From the NCBI GenBank assembly GCA_035419245.1, contig DAOLSP010000018.1:130-64129 (forward strand): a stretch of 64,000 nt of DNA. Direction: 5' to 3'. A program made the position numbers and the translations under genes. Shown here piece by piece: positions 29,101 to 36,077 of the stretch. This DNA is from a bacterium (GTDB taxonomy: Bacteria; Zhuqueibacterota; Zhuqueibacteria; Residuimicrobiales; Residuimicrobiaceae). Positions within the stretch are counted from its first letter, which is position 1, and every line of letters starts with the position of its first letter. The notes below the pieces were generated by a model. The model was given only the letters and a program-made list of their open reading frames with translations, searched no databases and was not told the origin of the DNA.

Positions 29101-29943
29101 GAGAGTGCCCAGGGCAAGCGAGCCATTTGGCAGCACCCTGGCGTCGTAGAGCGTACCTTGCTGTAATAGTTCGTCCGCTTCCGTGTGCAGGGGTTGAAAG
29201 GAATGGCCGTCATAGAGATATAGTCCGCGGTTCAGGGTTCCCAGCCATGCCGTGCCGGGACGGCCAGGGAAGGGTAGCATGACATGGGAACGGTCGTTGA
29301 CGAACTGCTGGCTGCCGGGAATCAGAATCAGGGAATCGCCAACCAGCTTTTTCATGCCGTGTCCGCGCTGCAGGACGTACAGAGTCTGATCCAGATAGAA
29401 CGAATGGATAAAATAATTTTTGGGATTCTCTGGACGCCAGATTTTGACAAGCCGGCTGGTTTCATTGGTGCCAGCCGGGGCGACGTGCTCGAAGAGGAAC
29501 AGCCGCTCCCTCGCCTGGAAATAGATCCCTTCGGGCGCTGCATGAATGGACCAGATATAATTGAATCCCCGGTCTTCGGGTGGGATTTGCTCGAGCAGGG
29601 AAATATAGCGGGTGGCGCCGCTGGTGTCTGCATCGAGATAGCCGAGTTCGGTGGCGGAACCGACATAAATGCGGCCGCTGGAGTCTTTGGCAAATGAGCG
29701 TACGAAGGAACCGTTGGGGATTTTGATCATGCGCCAGGTTGAGCCGTCAAACTCCTGGATGCCGTAGCCATTACCGACATAGATGATGCCGCGATTGTCC
29801 TGGGCGAAGGCATAATTCTGGGTATGGCCTCCGGTTTGGACGGCGGAGTAGAGGCTCATAAAGGGCGTGCCGGTTTCGGCAGGCAGGGCCGGTGTGCAGA
29901 GGAGGGCCAGAAGAAAGACCAGGATTTTCCGGACATTGTCCAT
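26191..29943 (-). CDS. Sensor histidine kinase with periplasmic two-component-regulator propeller/Y_Y_Y domains, a TM helix, a GAF-like region, and HisKA plus HATPase domains. No receiver domain is fused.
   Basis: Signal peptide MDNVRKILVFLLALLCTPALPA, ~700 aa of beta-propeller-like repeats, TM WWIWIGYLLFAGGTITGIVLL, H-box AHEIKNPLNFV, G-boxes GLGTGLGLSISHDIV. Confidence 0.8.
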   Translation of the reverse strand: MDNVRKILVFLLALLCTPALPAETGTPFMSLYSAVQTGGHTQNYAFAQDNRGIIYVGNGYGIQEFDGSTWRMIKIPNGSFVRSFAKDSSGRIYVGSATELGYLDADTSGATRYISLLEQIPPEDRGFNYIWSIHAAPEGIYFQARERLFLFEHVAPAGTNETSRLVKIWRPENPKNYFIHSFYLDQTLYVLQRGHGMKKLVGDSLILIPGSQQFVNDRSHVMLPFPGRPGTAWLGTLNRGLYLYDGHSFQPLHTEADELLQQGTLYDARVLPNGSLALGTLSAGFLIIDSTGKIKLHLTRETGLLSNTVAAVFVDRQKNIWLGMAGGVGILEYESGLTHFPFASGGVPFDLRRYQGTLYASATDGIYYLDRHDSQFKYVEGMRNSGASNSLAVDRHLYAGNVTGIYLIQGTKGTLALPYSATTPAFICLHKSRLDSSRIIAGAINGLATLKYDAHAPGRLRLESIIQVVHEYIRQIVEPVPGTFWLSTYNSGLIRLHFAGSGIDHPVIERFGPDQGLPIGITSVFQVAGRLVFGTGKGIYQFDEQEQKFYPDPFFKAVGLGINPGECVITEDADSNIWANAGKETAFYRKKADGSYQLEKNSTSRFADELLYAIYPESGATVWFGTTHGAIRFTAARGTTSHRPFPALIRRVKIANDSILYNGGFGPLQNASEHYTLPYQFNAMTFEYTATSYIKPMANEYQTMLEGFDPRWSAWSKDSKRNYTNLPHGPYVFRVRARNIYGEESTETSFAFSISAPWYRSWWIWIGYLLFAGGTITGIVLLRTRRLHRLRKSLEKTVMKRTAKIQEQIRNVEQLSSIGQDIIDNLSIASIIQTVYENVNKLIDAPIFGIGLYHEEKNSLEFPATIENGETLPPFNYDLADENRLAVWCFKNQHDVIINDSDRDYKKYIQILKSPMGGKMPESILYLPLMHKEKVIGVITAQSFSKNAYSEYDLNILRNLATYSAIALENAESYRRLIATLDDLKTTQEKLVTQSKLAALGALTAGIAHEIKNPLNFVNNFSELAVEMVDELRQLLTKAKKSPNQETDAEIDELLATLQQNAERVKEHGKRADNIVRSMLQHSRGKAGERQPTLINAMLEEDINLAYHGMRAQDSTFNIKFETELDPTVGELKIVPQDISRVFLNILHNGCYEAHKKKRTAGGEFTPTLRVRTVNLGSTVEIRIRDNGNGIPPEVRDKIFTPFFTTKPAGLGTGLGLSISHDIVVQGHNGQIWFESVQGEFTEFVIRLPK

Positions 29944-30095
29944 GCGGTTCCCCTTTCAGGATACGCTCATTTCCGCCGGGGACGCCATCCACCATCTCAC
30001 TCCTGCGCCCTTGTAAATGAATAATAACCAACCCGCGCTCAAAAGGCAAGGGATTTTTCATTAAATGATTCAATAATGCTGCCCATCTCCTCATC

Positions 30096-30728
30096 ATGCT
30101 CTTTCCCGCTCTGATCTCTGTCCTATATGAAAGAGCTTTCCGGCCCAGATGGATTGCAAAGACGCTGCAGGCGATGGTTGAGGAATCCCCGATAACGGTG
30201 CTGATTGGCGCGATGGCTATATACAAGTTCTGTCTGGAGCGGGATCTCCATCAGATAAGCCAGGTCGATAACCTGATCGAATAGAATGGGCTGATGAGCC
30301 TGGCCGCCTTGCGAACCGGGCAGGTTATCCATCAGATCGATTTTGCCAGAGAGGCTGCGTATCTGGCGGGATATTTGCATCCCGGGCAGCTCGAAACGAG
30401 CCGGAAGTGGCGGGTACTGGTTGAGGCCTTTGTTTGCCGGCAGCTTCAGGCGGTATGCGAGACGGTCTCACCGAAACCACAGTTTTTCTTCTGGAGGACC
30501 CGAACAGCCGAAGAGGGGGATATTATTTGTCAGCATGGATGTATAGTGAAGGCATTTGAAATCAAGTCCGGTGCAGAGCTCCAGCATGGAGACACGGTTG
30601 GTCTGCAGTCCTTCATGAAACAGCACGAGGATTGCCGCTGCGGGATGATGTTATCTTCAGGTGATCACTGCTGGAAGCTCACCGGTTCAAACTGGAAAGT
30701 GCCCATCAAGGCGCTCTGGGCGCCATAG
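30096..30728 (+). pseudogene. Remnants of an AAA-family ATPase with a DUF4143-type C-terminus (ORFs 30096..30284 and 30294..30728). Likely a disrupted gene.
   Basis: The C-terminal fragment EIKSGAELQHGDTVGLQSFMKQHED...WKVPIKAL resembles the C-terminus of archaeal-type AAA14/DUF4143 ATPases. The upstream fragment has a degenerate P-loop region (PITVLIGAMAIYK). Confidence 0.3.
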
Positions 30729-31017
30729 TGCGTTTACGCCAGGCGTCAGATTCATCCTGCCTGCCCTTTGTGATGCCGGCTCGTTATGCCGTTGCGCGGG
30801 CCGGCTCGATCTTCGCCAGCAGGGCTTGGTCTTGACCCGGTGCAGATCTTTTTCAATATCTCTTGGGCAAGGCTATATGTTAAGCTTCGCCAGGTCTCTC
30901 CGCTTGGACGCAGCCCCGTCCGATGCCCTGGCAAGCGATTGCTTGTCGTTCCCGAATTGTGCGACTGTGCTCCTTTACATCTCTCACTGTAAGCCTATTT
31001 TCCGCTGGTGCGTAGAG

Positions 31018-32706
31018 TTACCTGATCAGGGTAAATTTTTTGGTTTCCACGTTGCTGCCATCGACCTGTAATCGATAGAAATAAACGCCGCTCGGGAAGA
31101 GTGTCCCATCCCATTTTCTGGTATGGGATCCAGCGGGCAGCACCTCCGAACAGAGAATGGCCACCTCTTCGCCGGCACTGTTGAAAATGCACAGCGAAAC
31201 CCGGGCCTGTGCCGGGATAGTAAAGTGTATCGAGGTTGTGGGATTGAATGGATTAGGGTAATTCTGGTCCAGCGTAAAGGTCTGCGGCTCGATTGGATGG
31301 CTGTTGTGCAGGCCGGTAATTGCCTGATTGCCAAAATAAAATGGTGAAACGAGGAAAAATTCGAGCAGCAGCTGGCTTTGATCCGCGTTGAGCATTTGAA
31401 ACCTGGTCTCATCGACAAGAATGCTCAGATTGGAAATCTCATAAAATCCGTCTCCACTCCCGCTGCCATCGGCATAGAGAGGCGAACCATGGGCCGCATA
31501 ATTGGGAGTGAGTCCTCCTTGACTGAACGGGCGGGCGAATATGCGCACGCCTCCCGGCTGATTGGCAAGATAGTTGAATTTTATCGCTACTTTTTGCCCG
31601 GATGTTAGGTAAGCCGGTGGTGCGGGTTCAAATTGTACTTCGGAAATTTTGTGCGGGAAATAGGGATAGTAAGCAGGAATAAAAAGTTCGAGCAGGAGTT
31701 GGCTCTGATCGCTGTTAAACATCTGGAAACGGATTTTATCGACAATGGCATTACCGGAAGTGATTGTAAAATATCCTGTTCCACTGCCGCTTCCCGCCGG
31801 GTATAGTGGAGAACCATGAGCGGCATAGTGGGGGGGCAGGCCGCTTCCGGAAAATGGACGTGCGAAAATCCGCACGCCGCCCGGCTCGGGCGTGCTGTAA
31901 TCGAAGGTGAGGTTGACGTGCTCGTTGAACAGCATGCAATGGGGAGCGGCAGGCGAAACGACGATATTTTTGATAGCATGGGCGGCATAGTGGAATTCGA
32001 CCGGGATAAAATACTCGATCAGGAGTTGGCTCTGGTCGTTGTTATACATTTGCAGGCGGAGATGATCGACAAGGGCATTTCCGGAGTTGATGGTAAAATA
32101 TCCGGAGCCAGTGCCGCTTCCGACGGGATAGAGTGGCGAGCCGTGCGCGCCATATCCAGGGGTTGTTGCACCATTGGTCATCGGGCGCGCGAATATACGT
32201 ACCCCCCCGGGTTGACTGGTGGTATAATCAAAGGTGATGTTGACGTCCTGCCCGAATAATAATGACGAGGGCGTATCGGGAGTAATGTGGACATTTTCGA
32301 TGGCATGGGCGGAAAAGTGGTATTCCACCGGAATAAAGAATTCAAGCAGTACCTTGCTTTGATCCGCGTTCTTGAGTTGAAATCGCAACTGATCGACGGT
32401 GATATCCCCCGTCATGATCGTAAAAAAGGCAGTTCCCGTTCCCTTGCCAGCTGGATAAGACTGGGATGCGTGCGCGGCGTAATGGGGTGTAAGCGCCCCT
32501 CCCGAGAAGGGCCGTACAAAAATCAGAGTGCCAGCCGCCTCGCTCACTGAAAAGTCGAAGGTCAGCGTAACTTTCTGGTTGAAAAGGAGGCAAGCCGGTG
32601 AAGAAGGGGTCATGCGGATGTTGGAAATATAATCGCAGACTCCATGGCTAGCAAACGCCAGCGACAGCATGGCGATCCATGCTAGAATCCGCTTTTGCGC
32701 ATTCAT
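31018..32706 (-). CDS. Secreted protein with four ~110-aa tandem repeats and a T9SS C-terminal sorting domain.
   Basis: Signal peptide MNAQKRILAWIAMLSLAFA with RBS AGGAGG. Repeat unit ...IFARPFS.G.LTP.YAAHGSPLYP.GSG.G.GYFTI.SGN..VD.LRFQM.N.DQSQLL.E.FIP. C-terminus NYPNPFNPTTSIHF...VYFYRL (T9SS CTD). Confidence 0.75.
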   Translation of the reverse strand: MNAQKRILAWIAMLSLAFASHGVCDYISNIRMTPSSPACLLFNQKVTLTFDFSVSEAAGTLIFVRPFSGGALTPHYAAHASQSYPAGKGTGTAFFTIMTGDITVDQLRFQLKNADQSKVLLEFFIPVEYHFSAHAIENVHITPDTPSSLLFGQDVNITFDYTTSQPGGVRIFARPMTNGATTPGYGAHGSPLYPVGSGTGSGYFTINSGNALVDHLRLQMYNNDQSQLLIEYFIPVEFHYAAHAIKNIVVSPAAPHCMLFNEHVNLTFDYSTPEPGGVRIFARPFSGSGLPPHYAAHGSPLYPAGSGSGTGYFTITSGNAIVDKIRFQMFNSDQSQLLLELFIPAYYPYFPHKISEVQFEPAPPAYLTSGQKVAIKFNYLANQPGGVRIFARPFSQGGLTPNYAAHGSPLYADGSGSGDGFYEISNLSILVDETRFQMLNADQSQLLLEFFLVSPFYFGNQAITGLHNSHPIEPQTFTLDQNYPNPFNPTTSIHFTIPAQARVSLCIFNSAGEEVAILCSEVLPAGSHTRKWDGTLFPSGVYFYRLQVDGSNVETKKFTLIR

Positions 32707-33005
32707 GGTGTGGTCCTCCTTGTTTGAGGGTCTGGCTGTTTGTCCCGGATCTTTTCCCGGAGCACCAAAAGATTTGTACTTGTAAAGCTGGAACTGATTT
32801 TTAGCTGGTTCGGGCTGGGCTGACCGGCATATCCAGGTGAATGATGCGTTTAGTATTCCATTCTGCACAGCTGCGATTTTGGATCAATTCGGCAGAGGGG
32901 GAAGTCTGGATTGCTATGCGTTCGTGTACAGGGGAGGACAGGAGGGCGGCTGGTTTTGGAGTGGAGGATGCCCCTGATGCAGTATAAGCAACGCAATGTA
33001 AAAAG

Positions 33006-33563
33006 TCAACGGATAAATTGCATTTCTCGCACTGCCTCGGACGGCTTGATCCTCGCCAGCAGGGCTTCCAGCTTGATCTCGCCGCGGATTTTATCTCTCA
33101 ACACTCCCTCATGATCAAAGATGAAGAAGGAAGGCGCGATCGCTGCGCCGAAATGGCGTGAGAACTGCTTTTCGTCCAGGCGGGCCCAGATGAAATTCTC
33201 CATGCGGGAGAGCGCGGGCCAGCGCAGATTGTCAATTCCCGGAATGAAATCCCGGTCGGTCGTGGCCAGATAGATGCCGGTGCCGGCGAACTCACCGATG
33301 TGCTTTTCGAAAAGATCCAACTCATAGAGGCAATGGGGGCAGTGCCTGGTGAAGAGCATGATCAGCGTGGTTTTGCCTGGGAAAGGTTTCAGGCTATCGG
33401 GTCCGGCCGGGGAAGCGAAGGCGAGGGCGGGCATAGGCGTTCCCAGCGGCAGTGTCGGCGGCTTGAGGGCGTTGTAGAAGAGCCAGAAAAAAAATGCAGA
33501 AATCGCCAGAGTAATGACCAGCGCCGCATTGCGTCTGGATTTATTTAGGGCTTTTTCCGGCAA
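33006..33563 (-). CDS. Membrane-anchored thioredoxin-fold thiol-disulfide oxidoreductase (TlpA/ResA-like).
   Basis: N-terminal TM VITLAISAFFFWLF. CxxC active site in MLFTRHCPHCLYELDLF. Confidence 0.65.
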   Translation of the reverse strand: MPEKALNKSRRNAALVITLAISAFFFWLFYNALKPPTLPLGTPMPALAFASPAGPDSLKPFPGKTTLIMLFTRHCPHCLYELDLFEKHIGEFAGTGIYLATTDRDFIPGIDNLRWPALSRMENFIWARLDEKQFSRHFGAAIAPSFFIFDHEGVLRDKIRGEIKLEALLARIKPSEAVREMQFIR

Positions 33564-33600
33564 ATGGTACTCCCATCCTGTTCGGCATCCAAAACTACGG

Positions 33601-33648
33601 GTCTCGTTCCCGCTGTTCGTCTCGTTCCCGCTGTTCGTCTCGTTCCCA
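33601..33648. repeat. 18-bp tandem repeat GTCTCGTTCCCGCTGTTC, 2.7 copies.
   Basis: Read directly: gtctcgttcccgctgttc gtctcgttcccgctgttc gtctcgttccca. Confidence 0.8.
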
Positions 33649-33826
33649 CCCGTAATTTTGAATCAGATAGAATCCAGGGAATTCGTTTCAAGACACTCCT
33701 CCCATGGTGGCATAATAGGAAGGATCGATTTCATCTTGGCATAGTTTCTCGCACTGGAGTAAGGTCACTCCTCCGGTTTGTAAACAAAGCCGGCCTTGAT
33801 GGGATGGTAATGGATAACATCCAGTT

Positions 33827-34228
33827 TTACAGAAATACGGCTTCGTGGGTAATCTCCTCCAACCGGCTGTCCGCTTGCCAGATCTGGTGCGACTTGTCCC
33901 GTAGGCGCGCTTTGTTGCCTTCTGCGAACCGTTCCAGAATAGCCATCTTGTTATGCCAGTAGTAATAGCGGAGGTAGCAGGAGGCTGTGGAGGACTTGAA
34001 CTGATGGATGAGTTTGGAAAGATTTTCGTGCCGGGCAATAAGGTGAAGATGACCCTTCATGATGACATACCCATGGGGGCACAGCCCATGCTCGATTTGG
34101 CACGCAGCAAGCACATCGATGGTGATTTTGACAATAACCGGATTGGTGAATATGGGAATCCAGCCTACCACGGTGCAGGTCAGAAAGTAGGGAATTGCGG
34201 TGGAGAGTGTTTTTCGGGTGCGGGGCAT
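33827..34228 (-). CDS. IS200/IS605-like or RAYT-like HuH (Y1) transposase-family protein. Possibly truncated or inactive, as no clear catalytic Tyr context is seen.
   Basis: HuH motif HGYVIMKGHLHLIARHEN matches Y1 transposase ..Y.IMPNHVHLL... N-terminal MPRTRKTL. The expected RGY(Y/F) catalytic region reads IWQADSRLEEI. No IS boundaries identified. Confidence 0.55.
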   Translation of the reverse strand: MPRTRKTLSTAIPYFLTCTVVGWIPIFTNPVIVKITIDVLAACQIEHGLCPHGYVIMKGHLHLIARHENLSKLIHQFKSSTASCYLRYYYWHNKMAILERFAEGNKARLRDKSHQIWQADSRLEEITHEAVFL

Positions 34229-34615
34229 AGATACCATTCTGATTTGCTTTACATTAAGTAGCAACTTGAATCTTAAAACGATTATGGTTGATAAATGAGA
34301 TGCCTGCTATGAAGTGAATTCTTTCTTTACAAAGTCACCGAGCAATATAAAGAAAGCTACCATCGCCACAAAAGAAAGAAATAATGGGATTGTACCTTTC
34401 TCCAGGCAGTGGATGAATACCTTTACAGAAAGACCCATAAGGAAAATCAGGGAAAGCAGCTTTCCCAGTTTTGAGCGGTCGCTATTCATAACGTGTCGTT
34501 ACCTCGCTTTGTACATCTCCAATGAAAAGGGACGATATAACGGCATTATGCACTCTTGATTTTCAGAGCAATGGACAGTTTGATACGATCCAAAGAAGCG
34601 AACATGCCCTCACTA

Positions 34616-34780
34616 TGAATTAGCCCTTCTTTTTAGCAGGGTCATGATTATCGAAGCGAGAAAAAGCATAACAAGTACCCCTGAGATAAAATCGCGTTGA
34701 AATTTATCGCCCATTAGGAACTGCAGGGCAAAGATTAACAAAGCCATGATTCCTAATGTTATGCGCTGCCACTTGTTCAT
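34616..34780 (-). CDS. Small 2-TM membrane protein (55 aa), candidate bacteriocin immunity protein.
   Basis: MNKWQRITLGIMALLIFALQFLMGDKFQRDFISGVLVMLFLASIIMTLLKRRANS. RBS GGAGG. It lies directly downstream of the two GG-leader peptides. Confidence 0.45.
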
Positions 34781-34848
34781 ATATGCCTCCATAAATGTAG
34801 TAATAATATTGCCTGCCTGCCGGATTTCGCAAGCAGGCATTTGTGTTA

Positions 34849-35058
34849 TCAGCTGAATTCGAGATAAATGCCTCTTCCCAGGCAAAATAGGCCGCCCGTC
34901 ACAAGCAACCCCCAGCCAACGCCGGTCGCTGAGATAACTCCGATAAGAGCAGCCGCATCTGCGATGGCAACGCCAGTGCAAAGGCCATTGACAAATGAGC
35001 GCAGATCGCCAGCGGAAATTTGCATCATCTCCTCGTCTGTTAATAAAATGGGCTGCAT
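34849..35058 (-). CDS. Double-glycine-type leader peptide B (69 aa), class-II-bacteriocin-like: leader MQPILLTDEEMMQISAG, Gly/Ala-rich hydrophobic core with 2 Cys.
   Basis: Leader fits the L..EEL..I.GG pattern (LTDEEMMQISAG). Core DLRSFVNGLCTGVAIADAAALIGVISATGVGWGLLVTGGLFCLGRGIYLEFS carries GxxxG motifs. RBS AAGGAG overlaps the peptide A stop (TAAGGAGAAAAAACAATG). Confidence 0.65.
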   Translation of the reverse strand: MQPILLTDEEMMQISAGDLRSFVNGLCTGVAIADAAALIGVISATGVGWGLLVTGGLFCLGRGIYLEFS

Positions 35059-35070
35059 TGTTTTTTCTCC

Positions 35071-35271
35071 TTAGAGGTAGATATTCCTCATTATTCCAAA
35101 CGCACATGAATGAACACCGACGGAAACCAGAAATCCGGCCAGTAAACCGCCAGAAACCAGTGCACCAAAGATGATTCCGGCTGCACAGGCAGCCCCTGCG
35201 ATGTAGTCAATCTGGTCATCCGTCAAGCCACCGGCGATTTTTTCCATATCTTCAATTGAAAGCGTGTTCAT
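35071..35271 (-). CDS. Double-glycine leader peptide A (66 aa): leader MNTLSIEDMEKIAGG, core LTDDQIDYIAGAACAAGIIFGALVSGGLLAGFLVSVGVHSCAFGIMRNIYL.
   Basis: Canonical GG leader (LS.E....I.GG). RBS GGAGGT. It lies immediately downstream of the C39-ABC exporter and membrane protein on the same strand. Confidence 0.75.
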   Translation of the reverse strand: MNTLSIEDMEKIAGGLTDDQIDYIAGAACAAGIIFGALVSGGLLAGFLVSVGVHSCAFGIMRNIYL

Positions 35272-35417
35272 ATTACCTCCGTGATAGTTCTACTCACTCT
35301 GACAACCTCCCCTCCAGAGTTCCGGACCTCTGGAGTCATTTATAGGCTGGCACCATGCCAGCTTGCTTCGTTGTTCTATGCCTATCCATTTCGGGGCGGC
35401 GCGAGAAAAATGGGGCG

Positions 35418-36077
35418 CTACATCCGCTCCAGATAGGCAGTCACGCCCCATTGAAACAGAATCACCACGGTCCACATCAGCAGGACGACCAAGGCAGCGT
35501 CCAGCCGCTTCAACCGGTTGGTCCTCATCAATCCAATGAGCAAAAGCGCAAGAAATCCGAGCTCAAACAAATTCAAATGGCTGAAGAAGCCCTGCGTTGC
35601 AGCCGAAGCGGTGGCAAGATCCAGCAGCGAACCCAGCGACAGCGGGATCCAGTTCAGATCCGCCCGGGTTACCTGCGCTGCCGGGATCCCGGCGAGGAAA
35701 AGCAGCCGGATCCCCTCAAGCAGAATCAGCGGCAGCGAAGCCACCGCGACGATTCGGAATAGCCGCCGGAAGGGGATGTCGATGAAGCGCAGCACCAGCG
35801 GCAGCTGCAGCAGAAAGCCGACAAAGAGGATCCGGATGCCGATGACCAGCGGAATGGCCACGTAGCCCCACAGGTTCATCCGCTCGAGCAGATCGAACAG
35901 GGCATCGATGCGCTGCACCTCGAGTTGCTCTTTGAGCAAGGCATGATAGACCTCGCGCGTCAGGATCTGCTCCTGGTACACCCAGGTCAGTAGCGCCTCG
36001 CAGGCGATGAGCAGCAGGAAAAGGTGCCAGCCCTTGATCGCCTCCAGCCGCGGCCGGTGCAGGAGGCAGCCGTTCAT
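35418..36077 (-). CDS. Polytopic membrane protein (possibly a Yip1-like accessory or immunity protein) in the bacteriocin-like operon.
   Basis: About five predicted TM helices. The Met at 36077 forms an ATGA overlap with the stop of the C39-ABC transporter gene. The ORF track starts it at 36122. Confidence 0.5.
   Translation of the reverse strand: MNGCLLHRPRLEAIKGWHLFLLLIACEALLTWVYQEQILTREVYHALLKEQLEVQRIDALFDLLERMNLWGYVAIPLVIGIRILFVGFLLQLPLVLRFIDIPFRRLFRIVAVASLPLILLEGIRLLFLAGIPAAQVTRADLNWIPLSLGSLLDLATASAATQGFFSHLNLFELGFLALLLIGLMRTNRLKRLDAALVVLLMWTVVILFQWGVTAYLERM

Noticed and set aside
34613-35107. 164-aa minus ORF spanning the small membrane protein and overlapping peptide B.
   Set aside because: Only the last 55 aa (from the Met at 34780, with RBS) look like a real membrane protein. 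The upstream part overlaps the GG-leader peptide gene in another frame and is Arg/Cys-rich junk.
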